Shown in pieces: positions 39,242 to 52,565 of a DNA stretch of 64,000 nucleotides. The position numbers were made by a program, and so were the translations under genes. The DNA lies in the NCBI RefSeq assembly GCF_003918875.1, contig NW_025765980.1:1240001-1304000 (forward strand). The letters run 5' to 3'. The number at the start of each line of letters is the position of its first letter. The first letter of the stretch is position 1. This DNA is from Haliotis rubra (lineage: Eukaryota). Under the pieces are notes generated by a model. The model made no database searches. It was not told where the DNA came from and worked only from the letters and a program-made list of their open reading frames with translations.

Positions 39242-39937
39242 TAGTTTCTCGTTGCGCCATACACCCGGCAATTACATGTTAGACTTTCACATTCCCCAGA
39301 CGTGAACCCGATCGAACACATCCAGGATGAGCTAGGATGAAGAATACGACAGCAGATGAATCAACCTCGGACTTAGCCAGCCCTCGTTGACAAATGACAC
39401 GACTTCCGGTTATAGTTCCGACAGCTTCTCCTGTCCATGAGGAGACGATGCCGCCCTAGGAGGTCACACTTGTTATTGACGTCTTCTGTTTCAACAGTTT
39501 TATCAGTTGACAAGACGTGACGACGACTTGGACGAGCTGGGATAATAATATAGATCGGTTACTTGGCCAGTTCAAGACGAGCGAAGAAAAAGAAATGCTT
39601 TAGATGAGATTTAAAACCAGATTTAATGTATGTAGGAGAGAGTCCACAAGAAAGCAGCTGAATGTTTGAAGGGTCTATGACGACGACAGCAGATGAATCA
39701 ACCTCAGGAGGTGGCACGACGGTTATAGTTCCGACAGCTTTTCCTGTTGACTTGTTATTGACGTCTTCTGTTTCAACAGTTTTATCAGTGTGAAGTTCCA
39801 GGTGGGGTGTCATGCATTATTTTTCCAACACAAAATGCTGCGAACCACTGCTCATCCTCTGTATCGTTACCTGGATGTAACAGTGTGATCGACATAGAAA
39901 TGTATACGTACTTCCATATATTGTGGGACTGGATTTA

Positions 39938-40313
39938 ACTAGGAAAGCCATCAATATCCCCCGCAATGGCAAAATACTTGTCATGATTATGTCAAAATGT
40001 TTTGTCGTGTAAACAGCAAAGTGGTAGGAGATTATTGAAGGGTTTTAAAGTTCTGCTCCAGAAACGAGCACTACCACTGAATTCACTCGAAGCCAAACTT
40101 GTTGCAATGGAAACGCAAAAAACGCAAAAAAATGTTTTATTCAGAAAACCAAAACTACCAAAAGGCACCAGCTCACCACTAGATCTATCTATGTGCCAAG
40201 TTTGGTGAACGGTTTTAAAGTTCTGCCCCGGCAAAGACGAATGTGCACGGACAGAGGCACGGACGGAATTCATTTTAATAGCCCCCCCCGTAAAGCGTGT
40301 TGCGGGGGATAAA
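39938..40313 (-). mobile_element. Shorter copy of the same Helentron/DINE-like family, inverted
   Basis: Reverse complement of both ends and of the CCAAACTTGGCACATAGATAG block of 38498-39241. Confidence 0.65.
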
Positions 40314-40859
40314 AAGTGTCATTTTTTAACATGGTTGAATATATCATCACAGACGATTGCTCACAGAGGGATTTTTGCTGCAGGTATAGCGGTAAACAGT
40401 GTTTTAACAAGACGTGAGTAATTAACAAAACCTCTAGACATTGCAGTGAAGCCTTCCGCTGTTTGAGGAATAAGACACAATGGTTACGATGTGTGTAGCC
40501 AAATTCAGGTGTCTCCCGCCGTGGTATTGCTGGGATATTTCTAAATGCGCCGTAAACCATACTCGCTCGCTCGCTCCCTCACTCACTCACTCAGGAATAA
40601 GACCTAGGCTTTGATTACTACACTACTTAGATGTTTAGCCGACGTAACAACACTTAACGTTCACATTACGATACGCTATTATAGAAGGAATGTTTAGACA
40701 TTTGAACATGAGCTAAATCCCAAGGAAAGTAGATAGGGGTAGTACAAAAATTGGGTGGAAACAGAAAAAACAACAACAATGTAATTAGTTCATTTTCATA
40801 CAGGCAAGTTACGCTTTAGAAATAATGCTATTGACTTCAATAGATGTGCATTTGTTCTT

Positions 40860-41140
40860 GTTAAAAGTTGTTTAAATTTTAATCTTGATGGAAACGTATG
40901 GTAATAACTAGGTCAGTACAGTTTTCTTTGTACAGAATAGAATGGACACACAAGTAAAAAATGAAATTCATCCTGTGTAACATTAAAATCACATTTGTCA
41001 CATATCAATACTTTGGAATTTATGTTATTATTATAACGTTGTTGTTGAACATTTAACTTATGGCTTAAACAGCGGAATTTGCATAAAATGCGTATAAGGT
41101 CCTTGTTATGACAAAGTTCCAATATGTATTTTTCAGGTTC
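40860..41140 (-). mobile_element. Decayed LINE ORF2 C-terminal fragment
   Basis: LCKFRCLSHKL...ICDKCDFNVTQDEFHFLLVCPFYSVQRK matches the FR...H.L..C..C..EDE.HFLL.CP.Y motif of non-LTR RT tails. Confidence 0.75.
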
Positions 41141-41421
41141 GAGGGCGGACTTGATTGCTCCATCGTCTTTTAGAAAAGATGATGTTATCCTAGAGTGCCA
41201 AATTTGAATTGCATAGTATAGTATTGCATAGTATTCTATAGAAGCGTATTAGTGACACAGTCTAAACTGTTAATATATTTCGTATATCTACGTTGATAAT
41301 ACTTACATTATGTATATATGATATCATCATTTATTCAGATGGTATAATCTAGTGGCCCTAAAACGTTTCCATAGAATTTGATCATGTAAGAAGTAAAACC
41401 ACTTGTACGTGTATGATGGGA

Positions 41422-41591
41422 CTGACTGACTGACTGAGTTTGGTTTTACGCCGCTTTTAGCAATATTCCAACTACATCACGGCAGGGGACACCAGAAATG
41501 GGCTTCACACATTGTACCCATGTGGGGATTCGAACCCGGGTCTTCGGCGTGACGAGCCAACGCTTTAACCACTAGACTACCCCACCGTCCC
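41422..41591 (-). mobile_element. SINE family B, full length with 14-bp TSD
   Basis: tRNA-like head with A/B boxes; TSD CGTGTATGATGGGA (41408-41421 / 41591-41604). Confidence 0.9.
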
Positions 41592-41779
41592 GTGTATGAT
41601 GGGAAGATGGCTATAGTTGTTAACCATTTCAACGTGTTTTATGCGTTTACCGTTTACATTTTCACATTCTAGTGGTTTCGAATACAATCCATATTGGGCT
41701 TCGTCCGTTTACGTGTAAACAATGTTCTATGGAAGGCTTATCGTTTGTATTGTAAGACTTTCAGGACAACCCACAAGAG

Positions 41780-42170
41780 GGGTTGCGGGGTAGCAGGGTG
41801 GTTGCGTGCGCTCAATTCTCAACATTGGTACAATGTGTGAAGCCCATTGCTGGTGTCCCCCGCCGTGATATTGCTGGAATATTGCTAAAAGCGGCGTAAA
41901 ACCATACTCACTCACTCAACCCACAAGACAACCCATGGTGAGCGCATAACATCTGGACCAGTGAAGGTCCGGGTTAGAATTGGTCTTCAGTCATCCATGC
42001 TTGTCGTAAGAGGCGACTAACGGGATCACATTTCATCGTATCATGCTGCTGATCACTGGATTGTCTTGTCCAGACTCGATTATTTACAGACCGCCGTCAT
42101 ATACCTGGAATGTTGTTCAGTGCGGCGTTAAACAACAAACAAACCAAACAAACAAACAAACAAACAAAAG
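41780..42170 (+). mobile_element. Adjacent SINE B (41780-41916) and SINE A (41958-42170, deleted, (AAAC)n tail)
   Basis: Match to the family consensuses. Confidence 0.75.
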
Positions 42171-42389
42171 CATAACACCTGCATCACACTATGGACTTTG
42201 GATCACGCTGTGACGTAAATGAAATACTGTTCAAAGCGGAGTAAAATCATTCTAAGTTACACCACGCATCTAACAAAAGATACATTTGTCGTACGACATA
42301 AACATGATTAGGTCGGGGACGAAGCTCTACGCACAGATCACAAATAAGGTTAAGAAAGCGACCTTGGGACGCAGATAGTAGATTACGAG

Positions 42390-42570
42390 TGACCGAGGTC
42401 GACTGGCAGCATGACTTTGGACTTCGGTCATGCCATAAACTGAAGCACACCGGGTGTCTCCTTGGGAATATACCTACGTTCACCCAGCAGTAACTGGGTA
42501 CCCGGTAGGAGCAGTTGCTAACTGGTAAGCTTGGGTTGTATACTCCCCGGTGAGCTGAGAATGAAAATGA
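42390..42570 (+). mobile_element. CORE-like SINE remnant
   Basis: CACCCAGCAGTAACTGGGTACCCGGTAG is also seen reversed at ~30955-30985 and ~10022-10040. Confidence 0.45.
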
Positions 42571-43133
42571 AGACAACGGTGTACTAGACGTAGCGACTGG
42601 TGTAATAAATTCATAGCACCAAACTGACTTAACCTCTCCTTATTGGCACCTTGCTGCATGAAATACGTGGGAACTGTATTATTTGCTACGATGACAGAAG
42701 TACCAAAGCTTTAATTTCTAGGATAATATTTAACTGATACGATGCATTAACCAACATGAAAAGAATTAAACGGAGTGGTTATTTAACCTTCTAGTTATGT
42801 ACTGATCCAGTCAAATTTATTAAATGGTTAACTAACGTGTCATTAACGGCTGTCTACGAGTTACTCTGAGATAAAAAATTATCCAGGTTTTCAACAGCTG
42901 GGCCATAACACCACCCAATCTCCGAAACTCTACTGGAAACACTGCGGACCTGATTTCTTCTCCAATGCCCACGCCATTACATCATTACATCACAAGAACT
43001 CGCTGTCTGTATAAGGCATACACGTAATGTTGTAACACAGTACTGTTGTGTAAATTCACATTATTTTCAAGCTGGAGAAACATGTGCATGTTGCATTGGG
43101 TTAATATTCCATAAAAAGGCAGATGGTATGCAT

Positions 43134-46100
43134 CTAGACAGACGTAATGACCGTACCATAACATCCTTGGCGACTATTGCAACTAGACGTCCGTAATGAC
43201 CATATCATAACCTCCCTGGAGGCTTATGCAACTAGACAGCCGTAATGGCTGTACCATAACCTCCTTGGACAACTATAGTAAACAGACGTCCGTAATAACC
43301 GTACCATAACCTCCTTGGCGACTACTGCAGCTAGACGTAATAACCGTACAATAACCTCCTTTTAGGCTTATGCAACTAAACAGACGTAATGACCGTGCCA
43401 TAACATCCTCGGAGGCTTATGCAACTAGACAGACGTAATGACCGTACCATAACATCCTCGGAGGCTTATGCAACTCGACAGCCGTAATGACCGTACCATA
43501 ACCTCCTTGGAGGCTACTGCAACTAGACAGCCGTAATGACCGTACCATAACATCCTCGGAGGCTTATGCAACTAGACAGACGTAATGACCGTACCATAAC
43601 ATCCTCGGAGGCTTATGCAACTAGACAGACGTACTGACCGTACCATAACCTCCTTAGGGGCTACTGCAACTAGACAGACGTAATGACCGTACCATAACCT
43701 CCTTTTAGGCTTATGCAACTAGACGTCCGTAATGACCGTACCATAACATCCTCAGAGGCTTATGCAACTAGACGTCCGTAATGACCGTACCATAACATCC
43801 TCGGAGGCTTATGCAACTCGACAGACGTACTGACCGTACCATAACCTCCTTGGGGGCTACTGCAACTAGACAGACGTAATGACCGTACCATAACATCCTC
43901 GGAGGCTTATGCAAGTAGACAGACGTAATGACCGTACCATAACATCCTCAGAGGCTTATGCAACTAGACAGACGTACCGACCGTACCATAACCTCCTTGG
44001 AGGCTTATGCAACTAGACAGACGTAATGACCGTACCATAACATCCTCGGAGGCTTATGCAACTAGACAGACGTAATGACCGTACCATAACCTCCTTTTAG
44101 GCTTATGCAACTAGACAGACGTAATGACAGTATCGGAACCTCCCTGGCGGCTTATGCAACGAGACAGACGTAATGACCGTACCATAACCTCCTTGGCGAC
44201 TACTGCAGCTAGACGTAATGACCGTACCATAACATCCTTGGAGGCTTATGCAACTAGACAGCCGTAATGACCGTACCATAACCTCATTGCCGACTACTGC
44301 AGCTAGACGTAATGACCGTACCATAACCTCCTTGGAGGCTTATGCAAGTAGACAGCCGTAATGACCGCACCATAACCTCCTTGGAGGCTACTGCAACTAG
44401 ACAGACGTAATGACCGTACCATAACATCCTCGGAGGCTTATGCAACTAGATAGACGTAATGACCGTACCATAACATCCTTGGAGGCTTATGCAACTAGAC
44501 AGACGTAATGACCGTACCATAACCTCCTTGGAGGCTACTGCAACTAGACAGACGTAATGACCGTACCATAACATCCTCGGAGGCTTATGCAACTAGACGT
44601 CCGTAATGACAGTATCGGAACCTCCCTGGCGGCTTATGCAACGAGACAGACGTAATGAGCGTACCATAACCTCCTTGGCGACTACTGCAGCTAGACGTAC
44701 TGACCGTACCATAACCTCCTTGGAGGCTTATGCAACTAGACAGCCGTAATGACCGTACCATAACCTCCTTGGAGACTGCTGCAACTAGACATCCGTAATG
44801 ACCGTACCATAACCTCCTTGGAGACCACTGCAACTAGACAGCCGTAATGACCGTACCATAACCTCCTTGGAGGCTTATGCAACTAGACAGACGTACTGAC
44901 CGTACCATAACCTCCTTGGAGACTTATACAACTAGACAGACGTAATGACCGTACCATAACATCCTTAGAGACCACTGCAACTAGACAGACGTAATGACCG
45001 TACCATAACCTCCTTTTAGGCTTATGCAACTATAGACATCCGTAATGACCGTACCATAACCACCTTGGCGACTTATGCAACTAGACGTCCGTAATGACAG
45101 TATCGGAACCTCCCTGGCTGCTTATGCAACGAGACAGACGTAATGACCGTACCATAACATCCTCGGAGGCTTATGCAACTCGACAGACGTACTGCCCGTA
45201 CCATAACCTCCTTGGGGGCTACTGCAACTAGACAGACGTAATGACCGTACCATAACATCCTCAGAGGCTTATGCAACTAGACAGACGTAATGACCGTACC
45301 ATAACATCCTCGGAGGCTTATGCAAGTAGACAGACGTACTGACCGTACCATAACCTCCTTTTAGGCTTATGCAACTAGACGTCCGTAATGACAGTATCGG
45401 AACCTCCCTGGCGGTTTATGCAACGAGACAGACGTAATGACCGTACCATAACCTCCTTGGCGACTACTGCAGCTAGACGTAATGACCGTACCATAACATC
45501 CTTGGAGGCTTATGCAAGTAGACAGCCGTAATGACCGTACCATAACCTCATTGCCGACTACTGCAGCTAGACGTAATGACCGTACCATAACCTCCTTGGA
45601 GGCTTATGCAAGTAGACAGCCGTAATGGCCGCGCCATAACCTCCTTGGAGGCTACTGCAACTAGACAGACGTAATGACCGTACCATAACATCCTCGGAGA
45701 CTTATGCAACTAGACAGACGTAATGACCGTACCATAACATCCTCGGAGGCTTATGCTACTAGACAGACGTAATGACCGTACCATAACATCCTCGGAGGCT
45801 TATGCAACTCGACAGACGTACCGACCGTACCATAACCTCCTTGGAGGCTACTCCAACTAGACAGACGTAATGACCGTACCATAACATCCTCGGAGGCTTA
45901 TGCAACTAGACGTCCAGTATCGGAACCTCCCTAATGACTAGTATCGTAATGACCGTACCATAACCTCCTGGCGGCTTATGCAACCTCCTTGAGGCTTAGA
46001 CAGCCGTAATGACCGTACCATAACCTCCTTGGAGACTGTTGCAACTAGACAGCCGTAATGACCGTACCATAACCTCCTTGGAGACCACTGCAACTAGACA

Positions 46101-48552
46101 GCCGTAATGACCATACCATAACCTCCTTGGAGGCTTATGCAACTAGACAGACGTAATGACCGTACCATAACCTCCTTAGAGGCTTATGCAACTAGACATC
46201 CGGAATGACCGTACCATAACCTCCTTTTAGGCTACTGCAACTAGACATCCGGAATGACCGTACGGTAAGCTCCTTGGCAGCTTATGCAACTAGACAGCCA
46301 TAATGACCGTACCATACCCTCCTTGGAGGCTTATGTAACTAGACAGCCGTAATGATCGTACCATAACCTCCCTGGCGGCTTATGCAACGAGACAGACGTA
46401 ATGACCGTACCATAACCTCTTTGGCAACTACTGCAGCTAGACGTACTGACCGTACCATAACCTCCTTGGAGGCTTATGCAACTAGACAGCCGTAATGACC
46501 GTACCATAACCTCCTTGGAGACTGTTGCAACTAGACAGCCGTAATGACCGTACCATAACCTCCTTGGAGACCACTGCAACTAGACAGCCGTAATGACCAT
46601 ATCATAACCTCCTTGGAGGCTTATGCAACTAGACAGACGTAATGACCGTACCATAACCTCCTTGTAGGCTTATGCAACTAGACATCCGGAATGACCGTAC
46701 CATAACCTCCTTTTAGGCTACTGCAACTAGACATCCGGAATGACCGTACGGTAAGCTCCTTGGCAGCTTATGCAACTAGACAGCCGTAATGACCGTACCA
46801 TACCCTCCTTGGAGGCTTATGTAACTAGACAGCCGTAGTGATCGTACCATAACCTCCCTGGCCGCTTATGCAACTAGACAGACGTAATGACCGTACCATA
46901 ACCTCCTTGGAGGCTTATGCAACTAAACAGACGTAATGACCGTACCATAACCTCCTTGGAGGCTTATGCAACTAGACAGACGTAATGACCGTACCATAAC
47001 ATCCTTAGAGACCACTGCAACTAGACAGACGTAATGACCGTACCATGACCTCCTCGGAGGCTTATGCAACTAGACAGACGTAATGACGGTACCATAACCT
47101 CCTTGGGGGCTTATGCAACTACACAGACGTAATGACCGTACCATAACTTCCTTGGAGGCTTATGCAACTAGACAGACGTAATGACCGTACCATAACTTCC
47201 TTGGCGACTACTGCAGCTAGACGTAATGACCATACCATAACCTCCTTGGAGGCTTATGCAACTAGACAGACGTAAAGACCGTACCATAACTTCCTTGGGG
47301 GCTTATGTAACTAGACAACCGTAATGACCGTACCATAACCTCCTTGGAGGCTGATGCAACTAGACAGCCGTTCAATGACCGTACAATAGCTTCCTTGGGG
47401 GCTTATGCAACTAGACAGCCGTAATGACCGTACCATCACTTCCTTGGAGGCTTATGCAACTAGACAGACGTAATGACCGTACCATAACTTTCTTGGAGGC
47501 TACTGCAACTAGACAGACGTAATGACAGTACCATAACCTCCTTGGAGGCTTATGCAACTAGACAGCCGTAATGACCGTACCATAACCTCCTTGGAGACTG
47601 CTGCAACTAGACAGACGTAATGACCGTACCATAACCTCCTTTGAGGCTTATGTAACTAGACAGCCGTAATGATCGTACCATAACCTCCTTGGAGGCTTAT
47701 GCAACTAGACAGACGTAATGACCGTACCATAATTTCCTTGGAGACTGCTGCAAGTAGACAGACGTAATGACCGTACCATAACTTCCTTGGAGGCTTATGC
47801 AACTAGACATCCGGAATGACCGTACAATAACCTCCTTTTAGGCTACTGCAACTAGACATCCGGAATGGCCGTACGGTAAGCTCCTTGGCAGCTTATGCAA
47901 CTAGACAGCCGTAATGACCGTACCATAACCTCCTTGGAGGCTACTGCAACTAGACAGACGTAATGACTGCACCATAACTTCCTTGGCAGCTTATGCAACT
48001 AGACATCCGGAATGACCGTACCATAACCTCCTTTTAGGCTACTGCAACTATAAGACATCAGGAATGACCGTACGGTAAGCTCCTTGGCAGCTTATGCAAC
48101 TAGACAGCCGTAATGACCGTACCATAACCTCCTTGGAGGCTACTGCAACTAGACAGACGTAATGACTGCACCATAACATCCTTGGCAGCTTATAACTAGA
48201 CATCCGGAATGACCGTACCATCTGTATTTTTAGGCTACTGCAACTATAAGACATCCAAATGACCGTACGGTAAGCTCCTGGCAGGTTATGCAACTAGTTG
48301 CCGTAATGACCGTACCATAACCTCCTTGGAGGCTACTGCAACTAGACAGACGTAATGACTGCACCATAAACTTTGACAGCTTATGCAACTAGACAGCCGT
48401 AATGACCGTACCATAATCATTGCAGCTGCAACTAGACGTAATTGCTGCCATAACTTCCTTGGCAGCTTATGCAACTAGACATCCGGAATGACCGTACCAT
48501 AACCTCCTTTTAGGCTACTGCAACTATAAGACATCCGGAATGACCGTACGGA
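43134..48552. repeat. 49-bp satellite array, about 110 units
   Basis: CAACTAGACAGACGTAATGACCGTACCATAACCTCCTTGGAGGCTTATG, period 49 (e.g. 43422, 43471), with 45-bp variants. Confidence 0.97.
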
Positions 48553-49229
48553 TTTTTTCTTTGTTTACATTTCAAACTACAGTAGCGCAGTCTTCCGAGC
48601 ACAGCGTTTGTTTTCACACCCAATATCCTGTTGATATTGGTAACAAAGACCAACTGTGATTTGATTTTAAAATGTATGGGGAATTCAGTGATGCATTTGT
48701 CGCAGCTGACTATGTGAAATATCCGTGATGTAATAGGCGTCACAATACCGGCCTTCGCGAGACGTGATTTTGTAAACACTATCCAATATGGCGGAAAGCG
48801 CACTTCGGCGTTCGTGTTAGATAGTATATTTTCGAAAATATCCAAACCGATTCTAGGTTCGTCGGCAGCGTTTCAGATTATCATTAGTGATATCATGAAA
48901 AACTGATTTCAGTGATCATTAATATGTTATTTTTGAAATTCAGTACTCCCAGTAATTATCCGATTTTCACATTTGAAAACATACTGTCTACACTGTACAG
49001 CAAATGATGCTGTGAATCGTGATTTCGTATTGTGTATAAAATGGCGACATTTACGATGAAGCCTATTTTGAAAGGTTATTTAAGCACTTTAGCTTTGTAT
49101 GAGATTTTAGTGGATGGTATCAAGAAACAGGGAATTTCCCGCAGAATACAAAACTGTGAAGTATATTTGTGTGCGTGACATATTTAGAATTTTATTGGAC
49201 TTCAAAGTGAGGGTTGAAGAGGAAGGACA

Positions 49230-49760
49230 TATGTCCCTGTGGCACCCAGGGTTTTTTAATCAAGTCCAGATACATGGCCAGAGCACTAGCGGTGTTGCGG
49301 AGTATTCTTGACACACTAGCTCGGGATACTCCATGGAGATCCCCGATTTCACTGAGGAAAACCCCTTTTGCCAAATACCTCTGTGTACACAACACTTGCA
49401 GGGAGGTCGGAATAGCATGTGAACGCCTTGTAGGTTTGTTCAGTTGAGGCTCTAACTTTCTGCACAGTTAGATAACAACATGAGTGTCGAGCACGTTCGA
49501 CCTGTCTCAAAATTTCTCAGGTCTTCTTTGTTAGCGCGTTTTAATCACTTGCAGTGCCATAATCGTTGACGCCATCGTTGTAGTGCTTACGACCTCCTAA
49601 AGCATTTACGACAGGTCAGTCGGGGTCCTAAATTTTGGGCTGTTTACGACACAGTGTAAATATACGAGGTCTTTGTGAAACAGGGTAAAAAAGTAAGAGG
49701 TGGTCTACGACCTGCTTTACGAGGTCGTACCGGTAAGAGGGCTCTGTTGACGGGTTATCA
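49230..49760 (-). mobile_element. PIF/Harbinger transposon 5' remnant (HARBI1-like transposase pseudogene)
   Basis: PTRRSHAIPTSLQVLCTQRYLAKGVFLSEIGDLHGVSRASVSRIL is typical of the Harbinger transposase N-terminal HTH. The frame is disrupted upstream; a GTTTCACAAAG terminal-type motif lies near 49671-49681. Confidence 0.78.
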
Positions 49761-49767
49761 AATGGCA

Positions 49768-50010
49768 GCCCGTGAAGGTCCGGGTTAGAATTGATCTTCA
49801 GTAACCCATGCTAGTCGTAAGAGGCGACTAACGGGATCGGGTGGTCAGGCTCGCTGACGTGGTCGACACATGTCATCGGTTCCCAATTGCGCAGATCGAT
49901 GCTCATGCTGTTGATCACTGGATTGTCTGGTCCCGACTAGATTATTTACAGACTGCCGCCATGTAGCTTGAATATTGCTGAGTGCGGCGTAAAACTAAAC
50001 TCACTCACTC
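49768..50010 (+). mobile_element. SINE family A, well-preserved copy
   Basis: CCCGTGAAGGTCCGGGTTAGAATTG...GTCGTAAGAGGCGACTAA...GCGGCGTAAAACTAAACTCACTCACTC. Confidence 0.88.
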
Positions 50011-50084
50011 CCTCGCTCACCATCAGAAGCAGGCTGCTGGTCTGATGACACTTCGTCCGATTACGTCGTCGGGATGTGTCATCA

Positions 50085-50287
50085 CGGGATGTTGCGTATG
50101 GAGAAGTCGTAACGAGGCATATAACCAGGAGATGATCCATGCAGCTGAACCCTATGGTGGTGGCTCAGTGATGGTGTTGGGTTGCGTTTCATATGACTGT
50201 AAGTTGGTTCTCATTACAGTACCTGGGACTCTCAGTGGTCAACGTTATCAACAGGAAGTACTGGATAACACCATCACATTTTTGTAA
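50085..50287 (+). mobile_element. Tc1-like transposase fragment
   Basis: VWRSRNEAY...YGGGSVMVLGCVSYDCKLVLITVPGTLSGQRYQQEVL matches the Tc1 GGGSVMVWG...L....Y motif. Confidence 0.8.
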
Positions 50288-51074
50288 CCATCACCCGGGT
50301 TCTATTCCCCACATGGGTACAATGTGTAAAGCCCATTTCAGGTGTCCCCCCCCATGATCTTTCCATGATTAATACTCATGTGAACATATTTTGTGAGGTG
50401 TGTGATAAATGGCTTTACAAACAAGATCAAACGTAAACACCAACAACAATCAGGGACACACGTTCCCTGTTTTGTGATGAACAATTGACTTGCCTTTGCA
50501 TGTGTTTGAGATATTAGCAATATGACGTACAGGAACCATTCACCTTTTTGCAAACACCTGGTGTCATTACTATTTGATAGTGACTCAATAACACAAGTTT
50601 CTTTATATAGTCTGGATCATAAAAATGAAGGATTTTATTCCACATATTGACACGATGTTGGTTATATCATAACAGAAAGTACAAGGACGTTTTCCAGTTT
50701 TATTTTTCAGTATTTACAAGAAATGATTCCAGGTTTTTGTATCTCCTCTGATACAAAGTGTACGATGTTTAAAAACAATGTGCATGAATAAAATGGTCGA
50801 AACATAATGAGACACAAGTTTCGGTTGCCATGTTCAACATCCCCCCTTATATATATGATGGCACAGCAGTCTGAATATACTGGGAAACATTTTGTTACAA
50901 AAACAAACCAGTCTAAGTACTCAATAGCACAGGTTTGGAAACAATACAATTTTGCAATCACTTATAAATACATACAGCTACCTTGTAGTGTTGGGACGAT
51001 TCTTCACCCAAGTCTGGTTCCAGTGAGGAGAAGCCAGTGGTTAGACTACGAGATTTCTTGTGAAACATGCACCT

Positions 51075-51190
51075 GGGGCCCGATCCACAAAGTGTTCGTA
51101 ACATTATGACCTGTCGTATCTCTATAGTTTATCATGGGCTTACGAATGTCGAATGTCGTAGCGCTACGAACGTTTTGTGGATTGGGACCG
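51075..51190. mobile_element. Short Harbinger-type MITE (related copy ~13839-13945)
   Basis: GGGCCCGATCCACAAAG...TTTTGTGGATTGGGACC termini. Confidence 0.6.
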
Positions 51191-52565
51191 AGTCTTGCAA
51201 CATCCAACCTGTATTAACATTGATGGTGGAAACCGATGAAGCCTATACTATATCATTGAAACATGGTGATAAAACACTTGTAATGTGTATGAAGGTTCAA
51301 AACTCACAACTAGGTACAGGAATGAACCAACAGTGTGGATTGAACACAGAAGACATGAGTACATGGGTGAGTGAGTGAGTTTAGTTATACACCGCTTTTA
51401 GCAATATTCCTGCAATATCACTACCAGGACACGAGAACATGAACTCAACCGACTACATCACTTTTCAATAGAGAAAACACATGCCATTCCAAGTGCTCAA
51501 TGACTTATCATTGTCAATACATGGAATAGTTTGACTAGGAGGAACAGAACCGTATTCATATTAAAATCTGATCTTTCATTCCCATATGATACCTGTGTGT
51601 GTGAAGATCTGACAGGATTTCCGTGGGAGTTCACACCATGTAAACTTTCTAATCAGTCGGTAAGAAAGGTTTCCAAATTCTTGATACAAGTGTACCTTGC
51701 ATTATGACTAGCAGCTGAAGTCCTTATACACGTATCTTAAAGTCAAAATTAAGACGTCAATTCTCATGGCAGCACCATTATATTTTTGTAGATATTTTAT
51801 ACACTGTCACCTCGAACAGCCACAGCTACTTAGCCCCACAAATTCAGATCTTCACACACACAAGTATAGCAGAGGAGCAAGAGATCCCACTTGAATGTCA
51901 CTGATTGTACCTGCACTCAACAAAATGGCACCCCACAAGAAGGGGAATAACTCTATACCATCACCACTGTCAATTTGGGAACTCATGATTGAAACGTCCA
52001 CTTATAAAGAAAAACAACTATGACAAAACTACTTTGTTGCTGCCGTGTGTATTGTTTCCCAACCATTCTTCAACTGTCCTGTTTCTTGTAGTGTTGTTGA
52101 GTTGCAGCCGAAGTCCAGATAAAATAAAATATATTTGACTACAACTCTGTGTTGTGGTCTCATCTACAAACACACATGGATTCAAAACAAACTTTGTCCC
52201 CCAGGAAGCACATTTATCAAATTAAGGAAAACAGAGAGGCAGGTTGCTTGCACCATTTTGTAAAGTATGTTAATATATTCAGCGTTGTTCTTTTCAGCCT
52301 ACATTTATTTTCATCCTCAGTCCCATCTCCCATCTTTTGAATATCAATAATTTGACAATGTTTCCGAATTAAGAAAGTTAATTAAAAAAACCTCATTGCA
52401 TTGTTTATACTTTAAGTACAGAAAAATTGGGGGGGTAATTTTAAGTTCACAATGACATCTAACAAACAAGAATAGATATGAAAAAAGACAACCGTGTGAT
52501 GTTTGCTCTTACAAATGCATTACAATATTCACATATTAATGATTCCAGCCCCATGAAATAGACTG

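Noticed and set aside
41510-41591. tRNA genes (also ~52950-53023 and other copies)
   Set aside because: tRNA-like heads continue into SINE bodies with tails and TSDs; no proper acceptor stem.
43134-48552. CRISPR-like array or repeat-protein ORFs in the 49-bp array
   Set aside because: Head-to-tail units without unique spacers, no cas genes, eukaryotic context. The unit length is not a multiple of 3 and the ORFs are short by-products.
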